Assembly (NCBI RefSeq): GCF_006345805.1
Contig: NC_042997.1
Span: 28,396,001-28,460,000 of the forward strand
Source: Octopus sinensis
Lineage: Eukaryota
Length of the DNA stretch: 64,000 nucleotides
Direction of reading: 5' to 3'
Part shown: positions 52,907-64,000 of the stretch, piece by piece
Layout: the number at the start of each line of letters is the position of its first letter
Position numbering within the stretch: position 1 is the first letter of the stretch
Translations under genes and position numbers: made by a program
The notes under the pieces: generated by a model
What the model was told of the DNA's origin: nothing
The model's database searches: none
The model's input: the letters and a program-made list of their open reading frames with translations, nothing else

Positions 52907-54620
52907 ATGGTGGATTTGTTGGCCCGCGTGGTGCAGTTGCAACCACAACAGCAGCAGCAACAACAGAAAATGTTGCTAGTGGAATCAATGTAGAACAAGA
53001 CTGAAAGTATTTCAGAGTTGTTCACGCCGGACGCTCTGGCGAACTCCATTTGACTATTCCTTTATAATCCGCAGGAAGGTAGTACATTCACTACCTTTTT
53101 CAATGTTACGAAGAAATCTTCAAAGAAGAACGTATGAATTGGACTTAAGAGAAAAGAGTGCGACTCCTTTTAAAAAAGTTATCCGATGCCGAACATGAAA
53201 AATATTGTAACCATGTGAGATTGTTTCAAAGAAAAAAAATTAATATTTTATCAAAAATTTTCTGTGAAGGATGTTCCCAGTTCAATACTCGCTGGCAGAG
53301 TTTAAATTTGGTAGTAAAGATGCTGAAGGTTTCGTCACCTATGCTGGGGTTGTAAACAGAGAATGTGTAAAATTAAAAGTATTTGAACTAACTGAGGACA
53401 TGTTCAAATACCCAAGTTTTCTCAAGAGCTAACTTTAAGTAAAGATGAAGATATACGTTCCCGGATTTTAGCAAGATTAGAACGGGGCCAAAAGTTAACT
53501 CTACAGACAGTAGCAGTGGAATGCCAGAGGATTATAAATTTAAGACATGACGCAGATATAATTGAAGAAAAAGGTTGGTCTCATATTCATGTGGATTAGA
53601 CAAAAGTAAAACAAATGTTTGGGCGCAGACAGTTTCATTTTAAATTCAACTGTCTTTTTAGAAATCTAAAACGTTTTGAGAGTGGGAAACTTGGACATAA
53701 AAGCTCACATTATAGAGTGAAACCAAAAGAAATGGTCGATCGAAAATTTTCTGCCCAAAAATATTATCAACAATAAATCAAAGCGAGGCTCATTTTCCGT
53801 TCATAAAAATGAATAATGCGAATATCATTTTACAATTGGATACAGACAGTGATATCAAGATAATTTACGCAAACCTTGGTTGAAAGAAACTTTTAAAATT
53901 GCTCGTTCCAGTTCTGAAAAAAATTACATTTTAAAGGCAAAATGGTAAGTGATGACATATTTAGCGTGAAAACCTTAAAAGCCAAAGTTTATTTGCTGAA
54001 TAATACGATGAATTTACTTGGAGCAGGCTCTATAAAATTATTTAAATTATTGAACCTTCCCATAATTTTTTCTGTAAAAATCTGAATGAGTCTTCCACCA
54101 GTACAAATAAGTTGGCGGTGGAATTAAAAAGAAAAATAAATTTTTCCAGAATGTTTTTTGATGAATTATGTCTTTGTACCAAAGCAAAAGCAAAGTTCCA
54201 AGTAAAAGTAAATTCTCTACTGATATTTAAACTAATATGGACTGTATCTTTCGCAGCGTTGAAACAAGTTAACAAAGAATTGGATAGATTTGAAAAGTTT
54301 GGGTATAATTCAAAAATTGATTACGCTGAATGGTCTTCTCCAACAATGTATGTCAAGGACAAGAAATAATAAAATCCGTGTATGTGCAGATTCTTCGACA
54401 GGTTTAAACGAATGTTTGATGCCATAAAATTACCCGTTGCCACGACGTAGTTCAATGGAGGAATTTTTTTCAAGTTTGGACCTATCTGAAGCATGCCTGC
54501 AGGTACAAGTTCATGAGGAATGCTCAAAATTATTATCGATAAATACCTCTAAATGATTGTAATACATTTTAGTATAGGGTAACACCAAATACTTTCCAAA
54601 GAGTTATGTATACGATAATA
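52907..54620 (+). mobile_element. Gypsy-type LTR retrotransposon remnant (gag, protease, start of RT)
   Basis: VRLLLKKLSDAEHEKYCN, FNTRW, ECQRIINLRHD, decayed CCHC knuckle (ESGKLGHKSSH), QLDTDSDI protease motif, EWSSPT..V, IRVCADSSTGLNE; no LTR pair identified. Confidence 0.85.
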
Positions 54621-55703
54621 AAATCTATGTGAATGTGTGTCTTCAAAACGAAAGAGGACATCCTTCCAACCACTATACCAGGTGAACCAAGGGCTCGACA
54701 TGAGATGCATATTACTGTCGCGTTGTCGTACATCCCATGGGCCAACGAACAAGAGAAAACATATTTCTGCTAGATGTAACGAACTGTGATACTGAGTAGA
54801 GTAAAAGAAGAATCGTGACTACGTTCGATAGCTCATAATTTCTCAAACGCAAATATACAGGGGGCAAAACTAATCTGGTGTTGATTCGAAGTCAGATAAG
54901 CGAAAACGAGAATAGAAATTGTATTCGACATTCAAATGACTCTGTCACCTGACCACGTATATCTAGTGAGTTGCTACAGTTAATGTGCATGATCTAATGT
55001 GAATTTATGTCTTGATAACAGAATCTTACTGACATTTATCGAATGTTCAGATTGGATATTCTGTAGATTTGTTACTTTTAAGATAATTGAATATACAAAA
55101 AGTTAGCTTTTTGAAAAATATCTATGTATCATGCAATTCATGACTTAACGAATATTTAGGAATACTGCATTAAAAGTAATGTTCTGACTCTTACACTCAA
55201 AGTCTGCAAGAAACTGATTTTCAAAAGATAACCAAGATATTAGTTAAACATTCTAATTCCGTATGAGCTTGGTGTCGGCGAAAATTTCACTTTTCCGGGT
55301 AACACATACCAATTTCAACGATAACTGATAAGTTGATGTATTGCCTTCAATGTCCGATTAGAGTATCTCCCAGGAGAAAGTTAAGTATTCTAAGTTTCTA
55401 TTTTCAAAATATATGAGAACTTTCAGAACTGTGATATAAGTTACATTCCGGAAGCGTTTAACGATTAGCAAAAATACATTTTGCAAGCAAGGAATTCTTA
55501 TCGCTGATGACAATTACTATAACCTGGATAGTAATTTTTACTTCTACCTTTAAATATATGCAGGCAAATTCCTTACACATGCATGTAACTTCGTCTCTGC
55601 ATCAGATACTCTATGTAGGAAAAACTTTGTACGTTCAGTGAATAAATTTTCCCTATGAAAGAATGTTGCTCAACGGATCATTAGGTTTAATGATCAATAA
55701 CTT

Positions 55704-55740
<37 letters not shown>

Positions 55741-55741
<1 letters not shown>

Positions 55742-55773
55742 CGGCAACGGGAAACTCAGAGTAACAGGTTTTG
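55741..55773 (+). ncRNA. 5'-truncated family 1 hammerhead-like motif
   Basis: (TA)n directly followed by ACGGCAACGG GAA ACTCAGAGT A ACAGGTTTTG and the family 1 tail TTGAATCTTCTGCTGCTT. Confidence 0.6.
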
Positions 55774-55869
55774 TTGAATCTTCTGCTGCTTTAAATAAAG
55801 CATATTACTCTACCACTGGTATTTGAGTACTCTTTTTTTCACCTCGTTTCACATTTATGTGTTTACTCC

Positions 55870-55918
<49 letters not shown>

Positions 55919-56454
55919 TTGTATTTTTAGAGCCTCGGGTTTCTGTACAAAATGAGAAATCGTTATATTTACTACTTGGAATAAGATATAAACAATAGAA
56001 AGAAAATTAGTGACATGCCATTCAGTATTTAAAATATCAGCATTATATTTTGCAGAAACGGAATATGTTTTGCGTTTCATTAGACGAAAGTAAATGAATG
56101 CATTTAAATGCTATCACAGTCATAAATTTTACTAATGTCCTAATATTACATATATTGTTCCTGCTCCTCCATCTATGAAATTAAAATACATGGGAAAATG
56201 GTTACGTTTCACAATATATAATGTTAGATTCAACTAATATTACTCTCATTGTGTTCATAACGTGTTAATCTAGAGAGCGTTCGTCACCAAATCATATGGA
56301 TTTCAGAAAGAGAATAAAGGAAACAAAATGCTATACAGCATAAATTCTTAGAAAGTAGATATATTCCATTCCAGCAGACTTGATAATCTCTAACTCAAAT
56401 CTGTTGAAAATGTCTGTCAAGAGAACACACTTTGCCCTCATTCGTATTCTCTTC

Positions 56455-56483
56455 AATAATGATGATGATGATAATAATAATAA

Positions 56484-56547
<64 letters not shown>

Positions 56548-56640
56548 GATGATGATGATGACAATGATGATGGTGATGATGATGATGATAATAATGATAA
56601 TAATGATAATAATAATAATAATAATAATATAATAATATTA

Positions 56641-56678
<38 letters not shown>

Positions 56679-56751
56679 TTAATAATAATAATAATAACAT
56701 TAATAATAACAATAATGATAATGATGATAATAATAATAATGATAATGATGA

Positions 56752-56795
<44 letters not shown>

Positions 56796-56827
56796 TAATA
56801 ATAATAATAATAATAAATAATAATAAT

Positions 56828-56906
<79 letters not shown>

Positions 56907-56950
56907 AAGAAGAAGAAGAAGAAGAATAAGAAGAAAAGAAGAAGAAGATA
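56455..56950. repeat. Compound trinucleotide microsatellite (AAT)n/(GAT)n/(AAG)n
   Basis: Directly visible. Confidence 0.98.
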
Positions 56951-58237
56951 TATTAAATATTTCGAGTGAAATACTTACAGAATGGCGATAACATATACAG
57001 CTGCTAAAATCCAAATTTAGATATTCAAATTCTGTAAGCGTTAAGTTTCACCTACAATAAAAAACAATGCAAGTAGTATATATGTAATTTTGACAGGTTT
57101 ATAAACTAAAAATAATACGAATAACAACCAAAGAGAAGATCACGTTGATAGTACACGTGTAATTATACCTATCGCCGCCAAAACCATATTTAAATATAAC
57201 AATGCCACTTTATTTTTTAAACAAGGTAATTTTTAAAACACTCATGGATTTTTTTTTTTAGATATAGATTTATTACCCAAACGTATTGAATTTAGCTTCA
57301 GTAACTGGGATAAACTCATAAATATCGTATTAATGATTACGAAATCGATTTTCAACAGTAGTAAAGATTTAATTTTAAAATAAAGTTTGAAACCATGTTT
57401 CCATAAAAAAAACATTTTACCATAAAATTTGAAAAACTCTTATTTGAGAATCAGAAGAAATGTTACGAGCCTTCAAATTAATGTTGGCTGCGTTTGGGAA
57501 AGTACGCTACTAATAAAATTATCATGGTTTGAGTAACCTCCCCAAATTTACTAGGTATCTGCTTAAACAAGAAATGTAAAACTACGTAGCGAATGTTATG
57601 AAAATACGTGTAATTGTTATATGAATAAAACAGGGACTTCTATAATTTGAAATTCATTAATGAGCATACAAGCTATGCTGACGAAAACTTACAGTTCTTT
57701 TAAATCTATTTCTGTATTTTCATGTATTTGTCATGAATAGTTGCAAAATAACAATCATGCATCTGCTTTTATCTTGTATTTTCGCATATGAAGTTTCACT
57801 TGAGTTATACTTGTAATTGGATTTATGTAATTTTCCATTTAATGTACAAAATTAAGTGTAATATTTGTGGCTGAAATAAAAAAAATAAACACCATAAAAT
57901 GCACGAACATTTCAACTGTCTAACTATTTAGGAAGCATGAAAAACCTACGTATAATTAAATATGACTCGAGGAAATAACTCAATATGTATCTATTTTAGA
58001 ATGACCTCGTCGTCAAGGCTAAACTTTCACGTTACTTGCCAATGGATAATCAAAATGTCAATGCGAAGATATTGTTCAGTAAGTGATGAAGAAAATAGAA
58101 CTGCTTACCATATACGTCAATTATATATTTAATGCAGGGAATATTCCTAAGTTAACTAAGTAGCCTCATATTAAGAAATGTTCAATATTATCTCCAGAGT
58201 GGATGAAATAATTGAATTAATATCATTGCTATTAAAT

Positions 58238-58312
58238 ACCGAGGCCGACATTACCTTTTATCCTATCGGGGACTGCAAAACAGTAGCAGTTGAGCACCGG
58301 AGTCGAAGTAAT
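58238..58312 (+). mobile_element. Decayed SINE family B central fragment
   Basis: CCGAGGCCGACATTACCTTTTATCCTATCGGGG...CAGTTGAGCACCGGAGTCGA aligns to the family B body. Confidence 0.6.
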
Positions 58313-59379
58313 CTATGCACCCACTCCCTGTATTTGGTGTCCTCGTTTCAAAAGCTGAAACCAATATTATTACTATTTCAATAAAAGATATTTTTGCCTT
58401 GTAGATGGCGACTTTGAGATATATATTCTATTTAGTTTAAGAACCATGATACAGAGCAGGTTATTGACATGTTGGTAATTACCTTGTACATACATTTGGC
58501 GCACAAATGAATCACGTATGCGCACTCATATACACTCACACACACACATTTATAGATACAAGTAAAAATATATACATACATAGCTATGTATTCTAAGATA
58601 TATTTTCGAATATTTTATTTATAAACATACAGATACCACGCTGGGATAGCATTCAATAAAGGGGTTGAATTTTTTCCGTATCTAACACAATATTGGAGTA
58701 AGTTGCATATATTTCGATACATATGACTTTTGAACTCAGTTTACGTGCTTCAGTGAGTTCAAGCTGGTTGTTAACAAAGCTACAAGACTTTTTGCGTTAA
58801 GAAATTTCCCAGTGTTTGTAAAAATGTGGTTGAGTAGGTGTGTTGGTTGAACAATCGATGCATACATCCAAATGTGTGCAACTATTGACATAAAAACCTC
58901 GGATGGAGAATATTTTGAGTGTCTTACAAATCTTTAGTACTAGCTTGTATTTTGGGACCCCGCTTTATTTTGTTTTCCTATTTTCCCGTGAAACTAAGTA
59001 TTTCTACGTTTTGTCCAAATTGTGTGCGTATGTATGCATGTATGTATGTATGCATGTATGTATGTACTTTTTAATTGTTATAAAACTTACATTGAAGATG
59101 CAACCGGTTTCCAACAAAGAAACATGGCTCCATCATTGTGACCAATTAACATTTGGAACTTGAGAAAAGTCTTGCATATTTTTACTGTTCCACTCACAGT
59201 ACATTGTAATGTACGAATGAGCCAGTTGATTTCTCTTTCTGAAAATCTCAGGTTATCCAGATTCTCAGTGCATGCATTTGAATATGTATAATGTATGCAT
59301 GTAAGCATGTATGTATGAATGAATGTGTGTATATACACACACACACATATATATATATATGTATATACATATATATATA

Positions 59380-59413
<34 letters not shown>

Positions 59414-60321
59414 AATGCATAGATTCGTGTATGTTGGATGTGTATATACATATCTATGTGACTATTGTTAACTTCCTCTCGCAAATTCCTTTATTTGGAA
59501 AACACAATAAGTTATTTCTGTTCTATTATGCACACGAAAGAATATAGTTATATTTGAGTTGCTCTCCATGTGCAACAATTAAGAGAATGTAAGAAACACT
59601 GAAATAAATGTCAGCAGTTTGCATGTACTCATTCTTTAAATTTCGTGGTATTTATAGGAGGTAATTCTTTTTAAAATTCACCCATCTGAAAATAATTTTT
59701 ACTCAATTTTCTTTTCTGATTCATTCATTTTCAAAAATGAACATCGCGATTTAACAAAAGTGAAGGTTTTAATCAATGCCCACATGAAGGGAAGTACATC
59801 CTATCGAACCTGCGAACCCCACTATGATTACAACCCCCAGTTCCCCAGCTTCAGTCTTCTACCAATACACCTGATTCCGGCGAAGAGTTTGACCAGAGTA
59901 TACACCAACGCACCACTCAAATTTATGCACCTATGGACACATTTCACCCTTACATATATAACCAATTACACACCGCAAGCAAACATAAACCGCGCACGAC
60001 CTTAATTAATAGACAGAAAACAGTCTAACGAACGCAATTATATATATCTACATACCTGAGAGATATATGACACCAGAAAACCTATAATGTTCCCCATTGC
60101 TACAGGGGTACCACACGTAATAATGAACACGTTTTCCACAAACACTTCAAGGTAACTCTTACCAGCTTTAGACTGAATCGAGGTAAGAGATATAGCTGCA
60201 AACCTAAAGCCCTGTCCATTTTCTTTTCACAATTTCTTTCACAGCAACAGTAAATAAGATGTGACCAGTCTCCTCTGAGAACAGAGAGCATTCGCCATAA
60301 TCATTTCCATATCAGCTAACT

Positions 60322-60390
60322 CTGATGAGTGTAAGGTTGTAACTTAATATTCTGTTGTATTCCTAGGCGAGAAACCGATTGGTAAAATCA
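60322..60390 (+). ncRNA. Degenerate hammerhead-like motif
   Basis: CTGATGA GTGTAAGG...CCTAGGC GA GAA ACCGATTGGT A; stem III is one C>T change from palindrome ACCGATCGGT; stem I does not pair. Confidence 0.35.
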
Positions 60391-60418
60391 GCCGTGATGG
60401 ATATCTATCAATCAATCA

Positions 60419-60493
<75 letters not shown>

Positions 60494-60517
60494 ATCTATC
60501 TATCTATCTATCTATAT

Positions 60518-60562
<45 letters not shown>

Positions 60563-60653
60563 TATATATAATATATATGCATATATATGGATATATATAT
60601 ATGTATGTATATATATACATAAATATGTATATAGATATATACATATATGTATA

Positions 60654-60695
<42 letters not shown>

Positions 60696-61649
60696 GCTAA
60701 ACTGGTAACATGACCATTCCTAAATACAACAACAACGTATATATATATATATTTATAAATTAGGATAATATCGATATTATCAAGTGGCCAGCATTTGAAT
60801 AAATACCATAGAAACACCACCATGCCGAAATAGCAGTCAAACCCTGACTCTACAAACCCCTGAAATGTGACTACAAACGGAATTAAACATCTTTTTCGCA
60901 AATTGGACAAAGGATTCTAAAGATATGGTGGTGGATTAATAAATACTCAAAATCGTACATAATGGGAAAATACTCCGACAATATAATAACCTTGAAAGGG
61001 AAAGTTCTCTAACCTTTCGATTATGATAAATATCTGTATTTGGAAGACAATCGTCACTGCCTGGGCAAAACTCTTAGTGATGTTAGCTTGCCAACGAAAA
61101 AGTATGAGTTGTTTTTGCAGTAAATCTTTCTATTTTCGCTTTTGATAAACACAGTATTTTAATCATTTAGAAAGATTCTTAAGTGAATGTAACTTTTAAA
61201 ATAATAGTTGTTTCTACAGTAAGTACTCATCTTTTAACTTTCTTTTAGCAGAAATAATTGCTATTTATTGCTAAATTTATTTTCAAGTAAAGACCATTGC
61301 AAAAACTTTGTTGGCATATTTAAAAGATATTTTAATGTGAAAATGACTTTCAAATACAAATTGGTTTTTAAAGTGATTATCTATATTTCAGCATTCTTTA
61401 AACAGACAATATTTCACTTATTAATAAGTAGGTAAATATTTCGTAAAGGACCCGTCCCTACTTCAGTGTGAAATAATGTTATTCCCCTAGAAAACACCGC
61501 TGGAGGATTTTGTTTCGCGGTTTTTTTCTGATCCATTTTATTTTGCGTGACTATATGGCTATATATATTGAATATGTGACCGCGCGAGTATCGTGGGCGA
61601 TTATTTTCATCCGTCTTCCCTTCCATGGATCTTTCTTTTTCCTATGTTT

Positions 61650-61680
61650 CTGACGAAAATTTTCGCTCAAAACGTTAAAT
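61650..61680 (+). ncRNA. Degenerate hammerhead-like motif
   Basis: CTGACGA AAATTTTCGCTC AAA ACGTT; palindrome AACGTT; presumed G12 is A and stem II is broken. Confidence 0.3.
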
Positions 61681-61810
61681 CCTCCTTCTTTCTTTCCTTT
61701 CCTGACCGTCCAATAACACTATACTTGTTCCACTTCCTAGCCTTGTTGTGTTTCTCTTTATACTTTCAAGTTTGGATTAACTCTCTATCTCCCCCATCTC
61801 TCTCTCTCAC

Positions 61811-61841
<31 letters not shown>

Positions 61842-61844
<3 letters not shown>

Positions 61845-61904
61845 TAACCGAAGAGATGGTGTTGTGGATTTCCACTTCGGCATCTGAAACTCAGAGTTTT
61901 ATCT
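61842..61904 (+). ncRNA. Type I hammerhead-ribozyme-like motif, family 4 (U4>C)
   Basis: AGATAA CCGAAGA GATG...CATC-T GAA ACTCAGAGT T TTATCT; 6-bp stem I, branched stem II with GTGGA/TCCAC, stem III identical to family 1; tail shared with 48507-48575. Confidence 0.62.
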
Positions 61905-62000
61905 TGACTACCGAGTAATGTAACATATTGTATAGATAAATTTCCTCTATTTACATAATATTGAGGTCTCTTTCTTTCTTTTGTTATCTTACCGTTTTAT

Positions 62001-62064
<64 letters not shown>

Positions 62065-62066
62065 AC

Positions 62067-62103
<37 letters not shown>

Positions 62104-63009
62104 GATATATAGATATATATTATATATATACATACATGCATATATATATACACATACATAATGCATACATACATGCATACATACATACATACACATATAT
62201 AGGGGAGTATCTTTATATTGCATGACCCGTTTCTCTGGGTTTTTTTCGTTGTTCGAAAAGAAGTTCGTTTTCTATATTTTTGTTTTGAAGTTTTCTTGTT
62301 CATTGTGTTCAACGTATTTTTGATGTCTTCTACCCATATATGGATGTATATGTCTTTTTCATGTAGATACGTGCATATATGTATGTATATATGCATATAT
62401 TTATATATTATTTGTATTATTATATGATCGAACGCTACGCATCGTTTCCCAAGTAAGTTTTATCTTAATAATTACGATGCGCACTCTTCTCTCTCTATTA
62501 TCTTTTCTCTATCTATCTCTGTCCCTCTATTGTTTTTCATCCTTTCCTATTTTCCCTCCCACCCTTCCCTATTTTCTCCTCCCATCTTCGCCGTTCCCTC
62601 TCTCTCACTGTTCCTCCTTGACTCTCTCATCGCTGACACGTGACAAAAGGGAATCTATCTTTCTGCCCATTTTCTTACGTTCTTAGACTTGTCTCCTCTC
62701 ATAAGCTGATCCACCTACAGTTCATAATAATTTTTCTATCGTCTTGGTTTAACAGATCACACCTTTTGTTTTCACTGTCTTGTTCTCATTGTCCTGTTCC
62801 TTTTACCACTTTCACCCTCCGCAAAAAATCCCAAATTTTATTTAATTTGCTTTGCAGGAAGGACTGTTTCAACGAAGTCGCGTGCCTTCGTGTTCAAATT
62901 TTTTTTATGTACTTTACACATATCTACTTGTATATATACATATATATGTAGGTATGTACATATATGTATGTATATATTCATATATGTATATATATATATT
63001 ATATATTAT

Positions 63010-63056
<47 letters not shown>

Positions 63057-63152
63057 ACATATAATATAACTATAATATATAAGTAATATATATATTCCCT
63101 AATGTTATTATTATACACACACACACACACACACAACACACACACATATATA

Positions 63153-63192
<40 letters not shown>

Positions 63193-63291
63193 TCAGCTAT
63201 AATACTTATATGTCCCGAAATATATACAGACACGCAGATATTATATATGAGATTTATGTGCATGTGTGTGTGCTTCCTTATTTATTAACAT

Positions 63292-63680
63292 ATCGTATAC
63301 ATAAATTCATCAAATTTTATTAATCATTTAAGCTATTTCTTATATTGGTTCTGCTTCTGGTAGTCCATGTGTCATTGCCCCGAAACTGTTTAATTTAATG
63401 ATTGACTTATCAGGTACTTCACCAGTGTCAGACGACTTGGCGATGACCTCGGTGATTGAGTTATTATAAATTATTTCAGACATCGTATACATAAAATCAT
63501 CAAATTTTTATTAATCATTTAAGCTATTTCTTATGATATTGGTTCTGCTTTTAGGTGTTGCATGTGTCATTGCCTCGGAACCTTTTAATTTAATGATTGA
63601 CTTTATTAAGTACTTCGCCAGTGTCAGAAGACTTGGTGTTGACCTAGGTGGATTGTGATATCATTAATTATTTCAAGTAT
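63292..63680. repeat. 190-bp tandem duplication, diverged
   Basis: ATCGTATACATAAA..CATCAAATTTTATTAATCATTTAAGCTATTTCTTAT at 63292 and 63482. Confidence 0.92.
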
Positions 63681-64000
63681 TTGTAATTGGAGGCATATGT
63701 GCTAATGAATTGTTATATCATTCAGTGCATTTTTACCCTCTTATAACCATCGAAATTAGGAGAATTACTATTTCTCATTACACTATATACGTAAAAGTAA
63801 GACTACTAGGAAATCATATGAGAGTACATAAAACATACCGAAAATAACTGTTAAAATTATTATAATAGGCTAGTTTATATTATACACCAAACTTCATTGA
63901 TAGTCTACCAAAAATGAAGTTCTAAAATATTGAAGCAAACCATATAATGCTTAAGGCCATCAATTTCGGTGATAGGAGCTAGTCAATTACATCGACTCCG

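Noticed and set aside
52535-52993. 152-aa ORF ending in poly-Q
   Set aside because: Chimera of a (CA)n tract, leader sequence and the start of the Gypsy gag frame
56331-57014. Poly-Asn/Asp, poly-Ile and poly-Leu ORFs
   Set aside because: Translations of (AAT)n/(GAT)n/(AAG)n arrays; no flanking domain or splice support
58178-58384. 68-aa ORF that looks non-repetitive
   Set aside because: Its centre is a decayed family B SINE fragment
59760-60300. Possible CR1 3' remnant
   Set aside because: Only a weak HNFF..V similarity; too decayed to call

Overview
AT-rich eukaryotic DNA, dense in microsatellites and made almost entirely of transposon debris. I could not support any host protein-coding gene, tRNA, rRNA or CRISPR array. 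The (TA)n/(CA)n/(TATG)n load and the SINE families resemble octopus (coleoid cephalopod) DNA; this is an inference from repeat style, not a database result. Recognisable content: three tRNA-derived SINE families; CR1-type, RTE-type and possibly R4-type LINE remnants (one CR1 RT frame is open for 425 aa); a Penelope-like element (RT + GIY-YIG) interrupted by a mariner; several mariner, DD37D and Tc1-like remnants; a MITE; three Helitron-type elements; a Gypsy gag-pro-RT remnant; a 107-bp minisatellite; and several long inverted repeats. The most interesting signal is about nine type I hammerhead-ribozyme-like motifs (some intact, some degenerate or truncated) from several sequence families. They sit in short non-coding units next to microsatellites, have palindromic stem III sequences, and two families show covarying stem I arms around an identical stem III. 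Alignments were done by eye and boundaries of decayed elements are approximate.
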